Part shown: in pieces, positions 61,277-64,000 of the stretch
How positions within the stretch are numbered: position 1 is the first letter of the stretch
Layout of the letters: each line of letters begins with the position of its first letter
Source: Gammaproteobacteria bacterium
GTDB taxonomy: Bacteria; Pseudomonadota; Gammaproteobacteria; Eutrophobiales; Eutrophobiaceae
DNA: 64,000 bases
Direction: 5' to 3'
Assembly: GCA_965222155.1 (NCBI GenBank)
Contig: CBDCTH010000012.1
Span: 3,168,001-3,232,000 of the forward strand
Notes under the pieces: generated by a model
Database searches by the model: none
Seen by the model: only the letters and a program-made list of their open reading frames with translations
Told to the model about the DNA's origin: nothing
Program-made: the position numbers and the translations under genes

Positions 61277-62311
61277 TCAAGCGTCGCGCAGTCTCGGCAT
61301 TACAGCTTCCGCAAATAAGCGGGTTTGTTCAACCATTGCGATTTGTCTTGCCGAGTGGGGCGTTGCAACGGGGGAACCGCCTAATATATAGATATGATCC
61401 AGATCATATTCCAGTAATACCTGCATCCGCTCAAGACATTTTTCCGGAGGACCGCAGATGGAAAACCAGTCAACGAATTCATTATTTACCAGAGACAGGT
61501 GTGAACCTTTATCCTGAGCATGATGCTGCATGTCATAACCTTGCTGCATTTTTTCCGCCAGGGGTTTCAACTGCGCCGGAAGATGGTTCAGTGGTGCATT
61601 CTTCATCCCGGCAAAATGGGCAACCATGCCCGATATCATCCTGCCGAGATTAATCGCCGTCTGTTCATCATGGTCACAAACCAGGTTGATATAGGCGCCT
61701 ATCCGGATGTCGTCCCGGTTTCGTCCGGTTTCCTTCAGTCTTTGTTTTGCTGTGGCTAACGCCCAGTCGATTCTTTCCGGTGCGCTGCCTACGGCAAAGC
61801 TTATCCGGTCGGCCACGTCTGCCGCCATGCGAATGGTTTTGGGTCCGGTACAGGCAATGTCTATCGGCACGGAAGACAAGGTGTCCGGCCCAAGCCAGCG
61901 CAATTTTGAAGCTTGTTCACCACGTCTGATCGTCTGTCCGTTACAGTAGGCCCGCACCTGTTCAACGTATGTTTTTAATTGCGCCGTTGTGGCATTGCCG
62001 CGGCCGATATGCGCCAATGAAGAGTCGCCGCGGCCGATACCGCAAATACAACGCCCATCGGACTCGATCTGTAGCGTGGCAATGGCGGAGGCAGTCACCG
62101 CCGCATCGCGAGTTAAAGGGTTGGTAACCCCCGTTCCCAGTTTTAATCGTTTCGTCTGCGCCGCGGCCAGACTGAGTTGCCCGTAAGGTTCAGGGCTTAA
62201 ATTCTGTGTATCAGGGCATAACAGAATATCGAACCCCATGTCTTCGATCTCTCCGGCCAAGGTTGCCGTATGGCCCGGTGAGGTTTCCATAATGATGCCG
62301 ATTTCCCGCAT
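61277..62311 (-). CDS. LLM-class flavin-dependent oxidoreductase
   Basis: LKLGTGVTNPLTR, GIGRGD, IACTGPKT. Confidence 0.9.
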   Translation of the reverse strand: MREIGIIMETSPGHTATLAGEIEDMGFDILLCPDTQNLSPEPYGQLSLAAAQTKRLKLGTGVTNPLTRDAAVTASAIATLQIESDGRCICGIGRGDSSLAHIGRGNATTAQLKTYVEQVRAYCNGQTIRRGEQASKLRWLGPDTLSSVPIDIACTGPKTIRMAADVADRISFAVGSAPERIDWALATAKQRLKETGRNRDDIRIGAYINLVCDHDEQTAINLGRMISGMVAHFAGMKNAPLNHLPAQLKPLAEKMQQGYDMQHHAQDKGSHLSLVNNEFVDWFSICGPPEKCLERMQVLLEYDLDHIYILGGSPVATPHSARQIAMVEQTRLFAEAVMPRLRDA

Positions 62312-62314
62312 TAA

Positions 62315-63460
62315 TCAACTCCGATCATCATCCCGGCGTGGGACTGCCACCGGATTAAATGCATTTCCACGGCCGGAATCCAGTAACGGTCCGTCATTCC
62401 GGCGAATGCCGGAATCCAGTTGAAAAAATTCCCTCACCAACCTGAATTGCACCTTTCCTTCTTGAACCAATGCATAGATATATTTGGCCTGACCACCCGT
62501 ATCCTGTAACAGCGGTTGATGAGTGGGTAAGGCTACGGCGCGCCATTCCGCCTGTTGTTCCCCATTCAACTCATGCACCGTCACGTCCATTGCAGGTAAT
62601 GAGTTTCGGAAATAATTGTCCAACTCCGCCCGGATGAGTGTCCGATTTACCTCCACACTTTCGATGCTATCGAAAATAATGCGCCTGTGCCTGTCAGACA
62701 GGCCATCGTACCATTCCTTGTTAGCCAGAATCGGCCCCATGTCAAAAGCATGTCTGGTCAGTATCAGGTGCGGCGCCGCCTTGGCAATACCCGCCAATGT
62801 ATACATGCCTACACCCGTTTGGCCACTTTCAATCAGGTTCGTTTGCAGTGCAGGGATCACCTCTGCAAAACTCAATGGAATGAGATCGGCGCCGATTGCC
62901 TCGGCAAAATAACGCGAGCCGAGGGCATTCGACGCCCGCATGGATATTCCCCTGGTCGCAACCGGCGTCATCAACGGTTTTTTTCCATAAATATAAAACC
63001 AGCCGACTTCTGACCATTGAATGAGAGTCAGGCCTTTTTCCGCAAACAGTTTTGCATAGGCATCCGACAGGTAGTGATCCATCACAAATGCTGCTTCGTC
63101 ACGGGAATCAAACAGGTAAGGCGCCAGCAACACATTCAGTTCCGGAATAAGGGTGGCAACCCCCTGTAATGCAAAACCACCGATCTGTATCCGTCCCCGG
63201 CGCAGGTTTGCCAACGCGGTCTCTTCACTGCCCAGTTCGCCGGAAATAAACAAGTCCAGATCGATCTCGTCAGCGCCTTTCGTCTGCTCCAGCGTTGCCG
63301 CAAACCGCAGCCAGAAATCATGCCAGGGTGTGTTTGGTATGCCCAGCGAAGTCACCCTCACCTTCAGGCGCTTGTCCGGCTCTTCCGTGCAGCCGGCCGT
63401 CTGGGTGATGATGACTGCCAGTAATAGAATAATCAGGCTTGTACGTTGGAGCAATGGCAT
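62315..63460 (-). CDS. dctP: TRAP transporter substrate-binding protein DctP
   Basis: GELGSE, PYLF, MRAS, EVIPALQT; C-terminal tail encoded by REP-like DNA. Confidence 0.85.
   Translation of the reverse strand: MPLLQRTSLIILLLAVIITQTAGCTEEPDKRLKVRVTSLGIPNTPWHDFWLRFAATLEQTKGADEIDLDLFISGELGSEETALANLRRGRIQIGGFALQGVATLIPELNVLLAPYLFDSRDEAAFVMDHYLSDAYAKLFAEKGLTLIQWSEVGWFYIYGKKPLMTPVATRGISMRASNALGSRYFAEAIGADLIPLSFAEVIPALQTNLIESGQTGVGMYTLAGIAKAAPHLILTRHAFDMGPILANKEWYDGLSDRHRRIIFDSIESVEVNRTLIRAELDNYFRNSLPAMDVTVHELNGEQQAEWRAVALPTHQPLLQDTGGQAKYIYALVQEGKVQFRLVREFFQLDSGIRRNDGPLLDSGRGNAFNPVAVPRRDDDRS
62372..62420. repeat. REP-like GTCATTCCGGCG-N-GCCGGAATCCAG repeats
   Basis: ccggaatccagt occurs twice; related hairpin at 30196-30222. 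Confidence 0.6.
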
Positions 63461-63548
63461 CCAGCTCGCATGTTGGTGAGAGTTAAATGTCCTTTTGTTA
63501 TATCATTAATGGCGGTTGATAGAAACCCTTACTAAACGGGAATTAGAA

Positions 63549-64000
63549 ATGGCAATTTTTTTTTTGCAACCTCTGGGGCGCATGGAGCGCGTCATCACCA
63601 CCACCGCGTTTGCTTTATTAATCGCAACAATCTTCCTTGACGTATTCAGCCGGGAAATAACCGGCGTGGGATTACATTGGGCTCGTCAGGCAGGGGTCTA
63701 CGCGAATATCATCGTGGTCATGTTCGGCCTTGGCCTGGCCTCAGCAGGTGGCAACCACCTGCGGCCGCGCTTTGCCGACAACTGGATGCCGGCGCGCTGG
63801 AACCCCATCATCATTCGCCTTCAGGATGGCTTGATGAGCATGTTTTGTCTGGTTGCAGGAAGCGCTGTGTTGCAGGAAGCGCTGGCTCGCAGTTGACCTG
63901 GGAGTCGATAGTTTTGGGCGAACGTTCAACCCTGCTCCCGGTCCTGATCTGGCCCATCCTGATGGTGATTCCACTAGCCTTTTTCCTGGTGGGGATACGC
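63549..64000 (+). pseudogene. TRAP small permease DctQ, frameshifted (runs off window)
   Basis: DVFSRE...HWA...HLRP; tandem duplication at 63852-63884; hydrophobic frame resumes as WESIVLGERS...IWP. Confidence 0.7.

Overview
Gammaproteobacterial chromosome segment. A conserved backbone (sufB'-iscA/sufA-iscR, cysE, valS-holC-pepA, lptF-lptG, tRNA-Glu, pcnB-folK-dNK-panB-panC, tRNA-Leu-queA-tgt) is interrupted by three kinds of accessory DNA. (1) A ~3.9 kb AT-rich island at tRNA-Leu(CAA), bounded by a 15-bp att repeat. It carries an intact, tightly packed three-gene cassette ending in a putative Cys-His (papain/NlpC-P60-like) enzyme, which is the best candidate here for an undescribed toxin/defence system. 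(2) A ~16.5 kb defence/TA/IS hotspot between hmgL and a class-V aminotransferase. It contains an internal copy of both of its own flanks joined together, the signature of a tandem-duplication junction. (3) An eroding catabolic/transport cluster with several deletion scars. Intergenic DNA is rich in miniature non-autonomous elements: a three-copy MITE family, IS5-derived MITEs, REP-like palindromes, and 72-bp and 25-28-bp modules nested inside one another. All family calls come from motif recognition by eye, not database searches.
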